From an uncultured Acidobacteriota bacterium (GTDB lineage Bacteria; Acidobacteriota; Thermoanaerobaculia; Multivoradales; JAHEKO01), in assembly GCA_963713825.1 (NCBI GenBank), contig CAVQNG010000003.1:64001-128000 (forward strand): a stretch of 64,000 nucleotides of DNA, written 5' to 3'. The position numbers and the translations under genes were made by a program. The notes under the pieces are model-generated. The model saw nothing but the letters and a program-made list of their open reading frames with translations, ran no database searches and had not been told where the DNA came from. This document shows positions 30,058-39,467 of the stretch, one piece after another (the first letter of the stretch is position 1; every line of letters starts with the position of its first letter).

Positions 30058-30981
30058 TCAGCGCGAGAGAAAGGGCTCGATGGCGGCGACGAAGGCGGCC
30101 GGCGTTTCCTCCATCGGCGTATGACCGCATTTGGGAATGGCGACGAATGTGCCATCCGGAATGGCCTCGGCGAAGCGTTGGCCGGATTCCGCAGGCAGGA
30201 GTGGGTCTTCGGACCCCCACAGCACCAGAGTGGGCATCTCGAGGGCGTCGATATCGATCGAGCCTTGTGGACGTGAAGACTCCGCCGTCAGGCCACGGAA
30301 GGCTCGGTTGACGCCTTCGACCCTGAGTCGCTCTCGATACTCCTCGACCAGTGCCTCATCGACCTTACCCGGATCGTAGTACGAGGATTCCAGCGCATTC
30401 CTGAGGAAGCTGGGTCGTAGCATCCAACGCACGGCTATCGGTGTCAACGGCCCTGCACTCCGCAGGCGCCGGCCGGAATCGAACTCGGTGCCTGGAAAAG
30501 TGCTTCCAACCAAGACGAGCGAGCGGACTCGCTCCGGATGCCGGCTCGCCAGCCAGAGGGCCACGCCGCCCCCATACGAGTGGCCCACCACGTGGGCTCG
30601 CTCGATCTCCAGAGCGTCGAGCACCCCTAGCACGGTTTCGACCTGGTTCTCGAACGAGTAGGCCTGATACTCGTGAGGCCGCTCCGACCAGCCAAACCCT
30701 CGCAGGTCTGGGGCGACGAGCTGGTGTCGGTCGCCCAGCTCATCCGCCACTCGGACCCAGTTGTGGCTCGAGCCCCCGAAGCCGTGGATCAGAAGCACCG
30801 GGTCGCCGGCGCCCCACTGCTCGACGTAGACCTGCGAACCGTCGACCGTCACAAACCGATCGTCGGGTATTTGGGTACGGATCTCGGCGTAGGGCTGAAG
30901 AGGTGTGCAACTGACGGCCAGGACGGTCGTTCCAAAGACGATGATCGTTCTCAGGGTAACGAGCACGCTCTCGATAGGCAT
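30058..30981 (-). CDS. Alpha/beta-fold hydrolase, probable lipoprotein
   Basis: LIHGFGG, PDLRGFG.S, GHSYGG nucleophile elbow, WGSED, CGH.P.EE. Lipobox AVSC. Confidence 0.88.
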   Translation of the reverse strand: MPIESVLVTLRTIIVFGTTVLAVSCTPLQPYAEIRTQIPDDRFVTVDGSQVYVEQWGAGDPVLLIHGFGGSSHNWVRVADELGDRHQLVAPDLRGFGWSERPHEYQAYSFENQVETVLGVLDALEIERAHVVGHSYGGGVALWLASRHPERVRSLVLVGSTFPGTEFDSGRRLRSAGPLTPIAVRWMLRPSFLRNALESSYYDPGKVDEALVEEYRERLRVEGVNRAFRGLTAESSRPQGSIDIDALEMPTLVLWGSEDPLLPAESGQRFAEAIPDGTFVAIPKCGHTPMEETPAAFVAAIEPFLSR

Positions 30982-31075
30982 CAGCGGTCCTCTTCCCCGT
31001 CTGATTCGTAGCCCGCGCATCTGCGGTTTCCAATCGCCCGCATGGGCTCGCCTGCAGAGTTCGACCGGCGACCGA

Positions 31076-32563
31076 CTAGCCGCGGTTCCAGGCCACGACC
31101 TTCTTCGCAACGTTTTGCCCACAGAGGATGACCATCGGCATGCCGCCACCGGGGTTCACCGAGCCACCGACGAAGAACAGGTTGTCGTAGCGCTCGCTCT
31201 GTTTGGGCGCCTTGAACCCCAGATTCTTCCAGCGGTCGGCGGCGACACCGTAGATCGAGCCCTTGTTGGAGTAATACTGCTCGGCAATGTCCAGCGGCGT
31301 CCAGAAGTGCTCGAAGACGATGTGCTGGCGCAGGTCGGTCAGTCCCATCCGTTCCATCTTGTCCAGCACGATCTCTTTGAACACCGCATAGTCGTCCCGG
31401 GTCAAAGGGTTCTGCTCGTCGATGTATGGGATGTGTGGCAGGACCTTCAGACAGTCGCAGCCCTCGGGGGCCACGGATGGGTCGGAGCGCGAGGCGGCGA
31501 CCAGATAGATCGTCGGATCCGCTGGCAGCTCACGCTGGCGGAAGACAGTCTCGAAATGCTTCTTTTGATCTTCCGAGAACAGGAAGTTGTGATGTGCGAG
31601 GTGCGGATACTCGCAGTCCAGACCGAGATCGAGCACCAGACCCGAGCAGGCGGGCTCGAATCGCTCCAGCGAACGGAGGAACTCGGGATCCTCGCGCAGG
31701 AGGCGGGTGTAGGCCGGGATCACCTCCATGTTGGAGACGACGATGTCGAAGGGGAGTGGCTGCCCACCCTTGGGCGTGACGCTCGTAACCCTGCCGCCGC
31801 TCTTTCCGATCTCGGTGATCTCGGTCCCCAGTCGCAGCTCGATCCCGATCTCGTCGAGCAGCCGATGCAGGCCGCGGGCGATGTTGTACAGTCCGCCGTC
31901 TACGTACCACAAGTCGTGTTCGAACTGGATGTTGGGCAGGCAGTTCATGAATGCGGGTGCCCGATAGGCCGAAGAACCGACGTACTTGATGAAGTAGTCC
32001 ATGATGTCGCGCATGTAGCGGGTCTTGAGATGCCGGGCGACTGACTGATGCATGCTGCGGAAGAGGTCGAATTTCGGGAACTTGAGCAGACCGTAGAAAT
32101 CCCGGAATTCGTCCGAATTGTCGAGACCCTTCTCGAAGTAGCCCTCGTTGACCAGGTTGTAGAGATCCCGCGAGTAGTCGAGGAAGCGTCGAAATGCGGC
32201 CGGATCCTCGCCGACCTTGAGCAGCTCCGCTTCCATCAGGTCCGCTTCGGGATAAAGGTCGACGACCGTACCGTCCTCGAAGAAGTTCCGCCAGTGTGGC
32301 CTCAGCGTGCGGATCGGGATGTAGTCCTCCATCCGCTTGCCCGAGCGCTCGAACAGCCGACGAAACAGGTGCGGCAGCGTGAGGATCGACGGCCCAAGAT
32401 CGAAGGTGTAACCCTCGGCTTTGAGCTCGTTGAGCTTGCCACCGATCTGCGGGTTCTTGTCGAACAGCGTCACGACATAGCCTTCCTGGGCCAGAGAGAT
32501 GGCGGCGGAGATGCCACCGAGACCGGCCCCCACGACAGCAACACTTCTCCGGTGTTCGCTCAC
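31076..32563 (-). CDS. crtP: Diapolycopene oxygenase-type carotenoid oxidoreductase (CrtP/CrtNb-like)
   Basis: VVGAGLGG, FDLGPSILTLP, FIKYVGSS, FFVGGSVNPGGGMPMV; these motifs are typical of the CrtP/CrtNb branch of the CrtI family. Confidence 0.75.
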   Translation of the reverse strand: MSEHRRSVAVVGAGLGGISAAISLAQEGYVVTLFDKNPQIGGKLNELKAEGYTFDLGPSILTLPHLFRRLFERSGKRMEDYIPIRTLRPHWRNFFEDGTVVDLYPEADLMEAELLKVGEDPAAFRRFLDYSRDLYNLVNEGYFEKGLDNSDEFRDFYGLLKFPKFDLFRSMHQSVARHLKTRYMRDIMDYFIKYVGSSAYRAPAFMNCLPNIQFEHDLWYVDGGLYNIARGLHRLLDEIGIELRLGTEITEIGKSGGRVTSVTPKGGQPLPFDIVVSNMEVIPAYTRLLREDPEFLRSLERFEPACSGLVLDLGLDCEYPHLAHHNFLFSEDQKKHFETVFRQRELPADPTIYLVAASRSDPSVAPEGCDCLKVLPHIPYIDEQNPLTRDDYAVFKEIVLDKMERMGLTDLRQHIVFEHFWTPLDIAEQYYSNKGSIYGVAADRWKNLGFKAPKQSERYDNLFFVGGSVNPGGGMPMVILCGQNVAKKVVAWNRG

Positions 32564-32605
32564 GGAACTCCTCCCTTCTTCAGCTCCCTATAATAAGCTG
32601 TAGCC

Positions 32606-33991
32606 TTGATCGAGTCCGAGCCGGCACTCTCCCGGATGCGCGATTTCTTCTCCGGCGGCGCCACCCGCGACCTGGATTTTCGCGACAGCGCACTGCGCCG
32701 GCTGGCGCGTATCATCGATGAGCGCGAAACACAGCTACTTGTGGCCCTGCACGCCGACCTGCGCAAGCCCGAACAGGAGGCCTGGGTCTCTGAGATCGGT
32801 GTAGTGCTGACCGACATCGCCCATACCGTTCGCAAGATGCGGCGGTGGGCGCGGCCGCGGCGCCGTCCGCCAAGCTGGGGGCTGCGTCCGGCGAGAGCGA
32901 GAGTCTACCCTGAGCCGCAGGGCGTGGTGCTGATTCTGGGTCCCTGGAACTACCCGTTCCAGCTGCTCTTCTCGCCACTCGTCGCCGCCTTGGCAGCGGG
33001 GAACTGTGTCTGTTTGAAGCCGTCCGAGCTGGCGCCGGAGGTTTCGAAGGTCATGCGGGCGATCGTGGACGGCGCGTTCGAGCCCGGCCATGTGACCCTG
33101 ATCGAGGGAGACGCAGAGGTCGCGAGGCGGCTGGTCGGTCAGGACTTCGATCACATCTTCCTCACCGGGAGCGCGGAGGTCGGCCGGCAGGTGATGGGCG
33201 CCGCGGCGGCCAACCTCACGCCGGTCACGCTGGAGCTGGGCGGCAAGTGCCCCTGCGTCGTCGCGTCTGATGCGCGGCTCGATGTGGCCGCCCGTCGCAT
33301 CGCTTGGGGCAAATTCCTCAACGCCGGGCAGACCTGTGTCGCACCCGATCACGTTTTTGTGCACCTCTCGTTGCAGCAAAGCTTCCTGGAGGCGATGAAG
33401 GCGACGCTGCTCGAGTTCTTCGGCGACGATCCCCGTCAGAGCTCGGACTTCGGCCGCATGCTCAACCGGTCTCAGTTCGAGCGCCTCAAGGGCTACCTGA
33501 ATCAGGGCCGGGTCGTCCACGGCGGGCAGATCGACGAAGACGAGTTGTTCATCGCGCCGACCGTGCTGGCCGACCCGCACCCGGACGCGAACCTTCTCGA
33601 GGAGGAGATCTTCGGTCCGGTTCTGCCCGTGCTGACCTACGAAGACCTGGACGAGCTGCTGGCCGCTCTAGGGACGAGGCCGACCCCGCTGGCGATCTAT
33701 CTGTTCAGCGAAGACCCACGCGTCCAGCGGCGATTCGTGGCTGACAGCGTCTCGGGCGGGGTGGCCATCAACGACGTGGTAAACCAGATCGTACCCAAGG
33801 AGCTCCCCTTCGGCGGAGTCGGCGTGAGCGGCATGGGTCGTTATCATGGCAAGTATGGGTTCGACTGCTTCACGAACTACCGGAGCGTGCTGCACCGCTC
33901 GACGCGCATCGATCCGGGGTTCCAGTACCCGCCGGCGCAGGTGCCGCTGAGGACAGTGAAGCGGGCGTACCGCTGGATGTTCAGGAACTGA
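32606..33991 (+). CDS. Aldehyde dehydrogenase (ALDH3-like; putative carotenoid-aldehyde oxidase)
   Basis: PWNYP, KPSE, LELGGKCP, NAGQTCVAPD, EEIFGP, PFGGVG.SGMG.YHG. Lies between two crt genes. Confidence 0.9.
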   Translation: MIESEPALSRMRDFFSGGATRDLDFRDSALRRLARIIDERETQLLVALHADLRKPEQEAWVSEIGVVLTDIAHTVRKMRRWARPRRRPPSWGLRPARARVYPEPQGVVLILGPWNYPFQLLFSPLVAALAAGNCVCLKPSELAPEVSKVMRAIVDGAFEPGHVTLIEGDAEVARRLVGQDFDHIFLTGSAEVGRQVMGAAAANLTPVTLELGGKCPCVVASDARLDVAARRIAWGKFLNAGQTCVAPDHVFVHLSLQQSFLEAMKATLLEFFGDDPRQSSDFGRMLNRSQFERLKGYLNQGRVVHGGQIDEDELFIAPTVLADPHPDANLLEEEIFGPVLPVLTYEDLDELLAALGTRPTPLAIYLFSEDPRVQRRFVADSVSGGVAINDVVNQIVPKELPFGGVGVSGMGRYHGKYGFDCFTNYRSVLHRSTRIDPGFQYPPAQVPLRTVKRAYRWMFRN

Positions 33992-34001
33992 GGGGGGAAA
34001 G

Positions 34002-35501
34002 ATGAGCAGGCAAGTCTCTGACAAGCACGTCATCGTGACCGGCGCCGGGCCGGGTGGGCTGACCGCGGCGATGATCCTCGCCCGGCGAGGGTGTCGGGTC
34101 AGCGTCTTCGAGAGCAAAGATACCGTTGGCGGTCGCAACGCGGCGATGCAGGCAGGGCCGTACAAGTTCGACATCGGCCCCACGTTCCTGATGCTGAAGG
34201 AAATTCTCGACAGCTCGTTCGAGGATGCCGGTGCCGTCTGTGACGAGCGGCTGGAGATGAGGAAGCTCGATCCGATGTACCGCTTGCAGTTCGCCGACAA
34301 GCGCTTGGATCCCACCGACAACCACGAGGCCATGAAACAGGAGATCGAGCGCTGCTTTCCGGGACACGGCAGCTGCTATGACGAGTTTCTGCGCAGTGAG
34401 GGAAAACGCTACGAGAAGCTCTTTCCCTGTTTGGAGGTACCCTACTCCAAGGCCTCGAGTTTGCTGTCCTGGCAGCTGATTTCCGCCGTGCCGCACATCG
34501 CGCTCGGGCGTTCGCTCTTCGACGTGATGTACAAGATCTTCGGCAACGAGGAATTGGCGCTGGCCTTCACCTTTCAGTCCAAGTACCTGGGGATGTCACC
34601 CTGGAACTGCCCGGGTCTGTTCGCCATCATTCCTTACATCGAGCACTCGGGAGGGATCTACCACCCGATCGGTGGTTTGAGCACCATCTCGGACGCCATG
34701 GCCGACATCGCCCGTGAGCACGGCGCCGAGATCCACCTGAACACTCCGGTCGAGCGTGTGCTGGTCGAGGGGCGCAGAACTGTCGGCGTCCGTCTCGCTG
34801 GCGGTGAGGAGGTGCGCGGCGACGAGGTGGTGATCAATGCGGACTTCGGTTACGCGATGTCGAAGCTGTTCGAGCCCGGCCGGATCCGCAAGTACACGCC
34901 GTCGCGGCTTTCGAGGATGGCGATCTCCTGCTCTACCTTCATGCTCTACCTCGGCGTCGACAAGGTCTATGATCTGCCGCATCACACGATATTCTTCGCG
35001 GAGGACTACCGGAACAACGTCGAGTCGGTATTCGAGGGCCGGGATCTCAACGGTGATATCTCGATGTATGTCCGCAACGCCGACGTCACCGATCCGACGC
35101 TCTCGCCCACGGGTCACTCATCGCTCTATATCCTGGTGCCGGTGCCAAACCTGCGAGGCAAGCCGGACTGGGACAACGAGAAAGAGGCCTTCCGCGAGCT
35201 GACCCTGGACTCTCTGGCGAAACGGGCCGGCATGACCGACCTGCGCGAGCACATTGTGGAGGAGCGGATGATCACGCCGCTCGACTGGCGCGATGGAGCC
35301 AACGTCTACGAGGGCGCCACATTCAACCTGGCGCACAACTGGCCGCAGCTGATCTACCTGCGGCCGCGGAACAAGTTCGAGGAGTTCGACAACTGCTATC
35401 TCGTCGGTGGTGGCACCCACCCGGGCAGCGGCTTGCCAACGATCTATCAATCGGGGCGTATCGCCGCTAACCTGATCACCGGCAACAGCTCGGCCGGCTA
35501 G
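34002..35501 (+). CDS. crtN: Phytoene desaturase family protein, C30 CrtN-like
   Basis: GAGPGGL, FDIGPTFLML, FQSKYLGMSPW.CP, STFMLYLG, YLVGGGTHPGSGLPTIY.SGRIAA. Confidence 0.75.
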   Translation: MSRQVSDKHVIVTGAGPGGLTAAMILARRGCRVSVFESKDTVGGRNAAMQAGPYKFDIGPTFLMLKEILDSSFEDAGAVCDERLEMRKLDPMYRLQFADKRLDPTDNHEAMKQEIERCFPGHGSCYDEFLRSEGKRYEKLFPCLEVPYSKASSLLSWQLISAVPHIALGRSLFDVMYKIFGNEELALAFTFQSKYLGMSPWNCPGLFAIIPYIEHSGGIYHPIGGLSTISDAMADIAREHGAEIHLNTPVERVLVEGRRTVGVRLAGGEEVRGDEVVINADFGYAMSKLFEPGRIRKYTPSRLSRMAISCSTFMLYLGVDKVYDLPHHTIFFAEDYRNNVESVFEGRDLNGDISMYVRNADVTDPTLSPTGHSSLYILVPVPNLRGKPDWDNEKEAFRELTLDSLAKRAGMTDLREHIVEERMITPLDWRDGANVYEGATFNLAHNWPQLIYLRPRNKFEEFDNCYLVGGGTHPGSGLPTIYQSGRIAANLITGNSSAG

Positions 35502-35771
35502 GCTGACTCCTGCCTGCCGAGAAAGGTATGCCAGCCCGGACCGACGCTGACGGGGTGAAGCGTGCGTGGAGGGGTTAGCAACGCAACGAGCCGTGGCGCA
35601 GGAAAGCGAATGGGGACCGTAGGTCAGCCGAACCCAGAACTCGAAGTGCTGCAGAAGTACTCGCCGCAAGCTGGTAAGGGGATGGGTCCAGTCGAGCGCG
35701 ACCGAGCTGATCACCGCGCTGCTTGCAGCGACCATGGTCTTACTCGGACTGCCCCGCTGGATTGCGCGCGG

Positions 35772-36269
35772 TTGGGAGCGGGTGGGAGGCGCGAGGGCAC
35801 GAGTGCTCGCCCTTTCTTCTGGGTCGTTCTGCTGATGGCCTGCCTAGGCTGCGCCACGCGGTCCACGAAGCCAGCGCCCGTCTCGCTGACGCCCGAGGGT
35901 GTTGGAACGATCAGCTTGACGATCGAGATCCATGGGCTCCAGAGCGACCTGGGCTCGGTGGCGGTGGCGCTGTTCGACTCGGCCGAGAGCTTCGAGCGAC
36001 GAACCGACGCCATCGCGTCGCAGACCTTGGCTCCCCGGGACGGGTATGCGACCTGGAACGTGGCGGATCTCCCGGCAGGCACCTATGCGGTGGCGGTCTA
36101 TCACGACCTCGACGACAACGGCGAGCTCGACCGCACGACCCTGGGCCCGCCGGCTGAGCCCTACGGCTTCTCGAACGATGCGCGGCGCACCTTCGGCCCG
36201 CCCGGGTTCGACAGCGCCGCGATCGAGCTGCCGCCCGGCCGACACACCATCCGGATCCGGGTGCGCTGA
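35772..36269 (+). CDS. DUF2141-family protein (start uncertain)
   Basis: G.V.VALF, LPAGTYAVAVYHD.D.NG.LD, P.EPYGFSN, FGPP.F. Possible lipobox CLGC. Confidence 0.75.
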   Translation: MGAGGRREGTSARPFFWVVLLMACLGCATRSTKPAPVSLTPEGVGTISLTIEIHGLQSDLGSVAVALFDSAESFERRTDAIASQTLAPRDGYATWNVADLPAGTYAVAVYHDLDDNGELDRTTLGPPAEPYGFSNDARRTFGPPGFDSAAIELPPGRHTIRIRVR

Positions 36270-36573
36270 AAGGGCGACGCTTTGTGAATTTGTCGAGGCT
36301 CACTCCACCCCTACGAATCGCGCAGTGAAGTTGCTTTGCCTCGAGAGTTAGTAGCACCCCTTATGGTGGGAATCCCTGCGCTCAGGGAGGTTTGATCGAT
36401 AGAGCAGGACAGTTTCCAGGCGCTTGGCCTGGTAGGGATCCAACTAGACCCTAGCGCTCGCGCAGACGAGCCTCTGCCTCATCAAAGAGGCGCGGAGGGT
36501 GCCCCCTGCTCGAGGAGTGGGGCGCTTCTTCGAGTGTGATAGCCGGCCTATCGGCATCACCCTTGTGAAAGAC

Positions 36574-37227
36574 CTATTCCGGGTACTGTGCGTCCAGCTC
36601 CGATTGGATCAATTGCCCCAACTGCCTGTAACCGAAGGTTTGCAGCGGTTTGCCGTTCACAAAGTAACCTGGAGTCTTCTGAACATTCAGAGCTTTCACG
36701 TCGGCCATGTCTTGTTCAATGATCCTGGCAATAACGGGGCTATGCATATCCTTCTTGATGCGCTCGATGTCGACCCCTGCCCCGGGAAGAACCTCCCATA
36801 ACCTCTGTGGTTGATAGTCATGGTGGCTGGCCCAGATGTTCTGGGTTCGAAACATGAGTTCCAGGGTTTCCCAGTACTTCCCCTGCATTCCGGCGGCTTC
36901 AAGAATCTTGACGAAGTCATCAGCGCCCTCATGGAAAGGGGCGTAGCGCAGAACCAGTTTGATCTTGCCGGGATTGGCAGCCATGATCTGTTGGATGAAT
37001 GGAGCAAAGGCGGCGCAGGTTTCGCAGGCCGGGTCCATGAACTCAACCAGATAGACCTTCGCATCATCACTGCCAAGTGTCTGCGAATGGGCTCTGACAA
37101 AGAGCTCAGCGTTGTCTGCCGCCAGGAAACCGTACTTCTGAGCCTGGCTATCTTTGTAGTAGTTGCTGGCGATCACAAAGCCCAAAATCAGTAGCAGGCA
37201 GGTGACTCCAACGAGCGCGTATTTCAT
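36574..37227 (-). CDS. DsbA/BdbD-like thiol-disulfide oxidoreductase
   Basis: EFMDPACETC, RYAPFH, KTP.YFVNGK. N-terminal membrane anchor. Confidence 0.88.
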   Translation of the reverse strand: MKYALVGVTCLLLILGFVIASNYYKDSQAQKYGFLAADNAELFVRAHSQTLGSDDAKVYLVEFMDPACETCAAFAPFIQQIMAANPGKIKLVLRYAPFHEGADDFVKILEAAGMQGKYWETLELMFRTQNIWASHHDYQPQRLWEVLPGAGVDIERIKKDMHSPVIARIIEQDMADVKALNVQKTPGYFVNGKPLQTFGYRQLGQLIQSELDAQYPE

Positions 37228-37682
37228 TTGGATGTTCTCCTTCTCAGGATGATCAACACTGTTACCAATATTGAGAATGCGAAGAATGACAGCATCGGGA
37301 TCGAGATAAACCCGAACAGCTCGAGGTACTTCTCTGTGCAGGAAACACCCTTCGAGCAGGCCTGAATGCCTTCCGGGATGATCCCGGCATAGAGCAGGGA
37401 ATGATAGAAGGCCGTCAGGCCTCCGGCTATGGAGAGTGGCAGGGCGTACTTGATGACGCTCTTGTCAAAGGCGGGGAAAAGACCCGCTGCAAGAATGAGG
37501 ATCAAGGGAAACAGGCAGATCCGCTGGTACCAACAGAGGACACAGGGCTGATACTCCAGAACAGAACTGAAAAAGATGCTGATCGTGGCTGAGACACTGA
37601 CGAGAAGCCAACACAGAAAAAGCAGCGTCCAGTTCGTGTTGGTGGATCTGTCAGATTGTGACATCTGTGAATTCTCCAACAT
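37224..37682 (-). CDS. DsbB/BdbC-like disulfide bond formation protein
   Basis: PCVLCWYQRICLFPL, second Cys pair ACSKGVSC, FISIP.LS. Confidence 0.9.
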   Translation of the reverse strand: MLENSQMSQSDRSTNTNWTLLFLCWLLVSVSATISIFFSSVLEYQPCVLCWYQRICLFPLILILAAGLFPAFDKSVIKYALPLSIAGGLTAFYHSLLYAGIIPEGIQACSKGVSCTEKYLELFGFISIPMLSFFAFSILVTVLIILRRRTSK

Positions 37683-37724
37683 CTGGTGATGATTGAGACG
37701 AGAATCGTAGTCTATTGACGCATT

Positions 37725-38957
37725 TCACCCGGCCAGTTCCCGCCAGATCGATTCGGTTCTGCGGAACACCGATGCCCAGGTGAAGGCGTCCAGGTCGGGA
37801 GGGGATTCACGCGGCCGGTCCAAGGAGTCTGCCAGCGCCGAGGCGAGATCGTCCGTGAAGCGGGGCAGGTCGGCGGCCACGGGCTGGTCGACGTTCTCCA
37901 ATCGCGGGAGCTCCACCAGCCGGATGACCGGGCCGAGGCCGGGCGCGATCTGTTCGCGCACCCCGGGGAGGTCGGTGCTGACGAGGCGGCAACCGCAGGC
38001 GGCAGCCTCGACCAGGACTAGCGGGACCCCTTCGTAGAACGAAGGCAGCACGCAGACGGCGCAACGGCGCATGAGATCGGCCAGGGCCGGTTGGTCGAGC
38101 TGGCCGTGCATCGTCACCAGGGGTACGAGATCTTCCATGCGGGCCCGCAGGGCCTCGGCCTCGGCACCGCTCCCCCCTCCGGCGACGTGGAGCCGCAGCC
38201 CGGGGTGATCGGGCGCGAGTCTTTCGACTGCATCCAACAGCCAGGGCAGGCCCTTGGCCGCGCTGTATTTCCCCACGTAGAGTGCATGATCCGGCGAAGG
38301 ACCGTCGCCGCCGGGCTGCGGATGAAAGAGCTCGTCCCGGTAGCCGGCCCGGGTCACCGCGATGCGCCCGGGGTCGACCTGGAGGGTTGCCGCGAGGGTA
38401 TCGCGGTGGTCGTTGCGCAGGACACTGAACCGGTCGATGCGGCGGCACCCCTCGATGACCTCGTCCCGCAGGTGGGGGGTCAGCTCCATCTGGCGCAGCC
38501 CTGTGGCGTGACAGACAGCCACGATCGGAACGCCCGGGGCAGCGTCGGGAATCAGCGAGCTCATGAGCCAGATGTGGTTGGTCTGGATGATGTCGGGTTG
38601 AAAGCCGCGGACTACTTCACCGATACGGTGGCCCCAAACGGTGCGGTAGGCAGCGAGGTCACCTGGAGTCAGGCGGGACCAGACCGAACTGGGGTAGGGC
38701 ATGACGTCGCTCATGCCTGGCACAGGGAAAGGTAGGTCTTCCCCGGCGGGTCCGGATCCGGCCCGGAAGGTGACCGTGTGGATGTCCGCCGCCGGCAATT
38801 CGCCCACCCGGGGCGTGGTTTCGGACACCGGGACCCCCACGAGGGCCTTCTGGCGCCAACCCGCGGCGGCAGCCTGGCGGACCAGGGCGTCGAGGGTCAC
38901 CCCGCTTCCGGTCCTACCGGGTCGCTGGGACAATATGTGCAAGACCTTGCCGGACAT
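37725..38957 (-). CDS. Glycosyltransferase family 4 protein
   Basis: TGSG, YVGK...KG, VLPSFYEGVPLVLVEA.ACG. Confidence 0.88.
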   Translation of the reverse strand: MSGKVLHILSQRPGRTGSGVTLDALVRQAAAAGWRQKALVGVPVSETTPRVGELPAADIHTVTFRAGSGPAGEDLPFPVPGMSDVMPYPSSVWSRLTPGDLAAYRTVWGHRIGEVVRGFQPDIIQTNHIWLMSSLIPDAAPGVPIVAVCHATGLRQMELTPHLRDEVIEGCRRIDRFSVLRNDHRDTLAATLQVDPGRIAVTRAGYRDELFHPQPGGDGPSPDHALYVGKYSAAKGLPWLLDAVERLAPDHPGLRLHVAGGGSGAEAEALRARMEDLVPLVTMHGQLDQPALADLMRRCAVCVLPSFYEGVPLVLVEAAACGCRLVSTDLPGVREQIAPGLGPVIRLVELPRLENVDQPVAADLPRFTDDLASALADSLDRPRESPPDLDAFTWASVFRRTESIWRELAG

Positions 38958-39012
38958 TTCACCTCGACCACTCTGAGTTCAGCTCCCTCAGTTCCCGAAC
39001 GATAGCCCAAGG

Positions 39013-39270
39013 ATGAACAGTCGAAAAGCTCCCTTCGCGCAGGAGCCTGTCCGCGAAACGTGTCGGATTGGGAGATCGCTTCTCCGCGCGGTGGGGTCGT
39101 GTGCTGCGATCATCTTGCTGATACTGGTCATCACCCTGTTGGCGATCGCGATCCGGCAGGTCGAGCGCCGGAACAGCGGCGCAGAGAGTCTTCCGGCGCA
39201 CTCAGCTTCGGTGAGCTTCCCGACACTCGACTCTGCGCCCGAAACCGTGACCACGACTCGGATAAGATAG
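39013..39270 (+). CDS. Hypothetical small single-TM protein
   Basis: 85-aa ORF with one hydrophobic helix, followed by a GCGTCCC/GGGACGC hairpin. No family recognised. Confidence 0.3.
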   Translation: MNSRKAPFAQEPVRETCRIGRSLLRAVGSCAAIILLILVITLLAIAIRQVERRNSGAESLPAHSASVSFPTLDSAPETVTTTRIR

Positions 39271-39467
39271 CTTCGAAGGGATGGCGTCCCAATCGGGACG
39301 CTCTTCCACCCAGTCGAGCAGGCGGCAAGAATGTCTGCCAATGACCCCACCCAAAGACGCTTCCGGCGGCCAACGCCTCGCCGTGGCCGATGTCAGTCGA
39401 CGCCCTGGCGAACAGGGCTGACCCCAGATCCATGGCCGGCGGAAGAGCGGACCAGAGGAGGTGCACG

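Noticed and set aside
35502-35720. Possible mobile-element scar or ncRNA after crtN (GGCTGAC...GTCAGCC inverted pair)
   Set aside because: Only a 7-bp inverted match, no second copy in the window, and no recognisable family motif.
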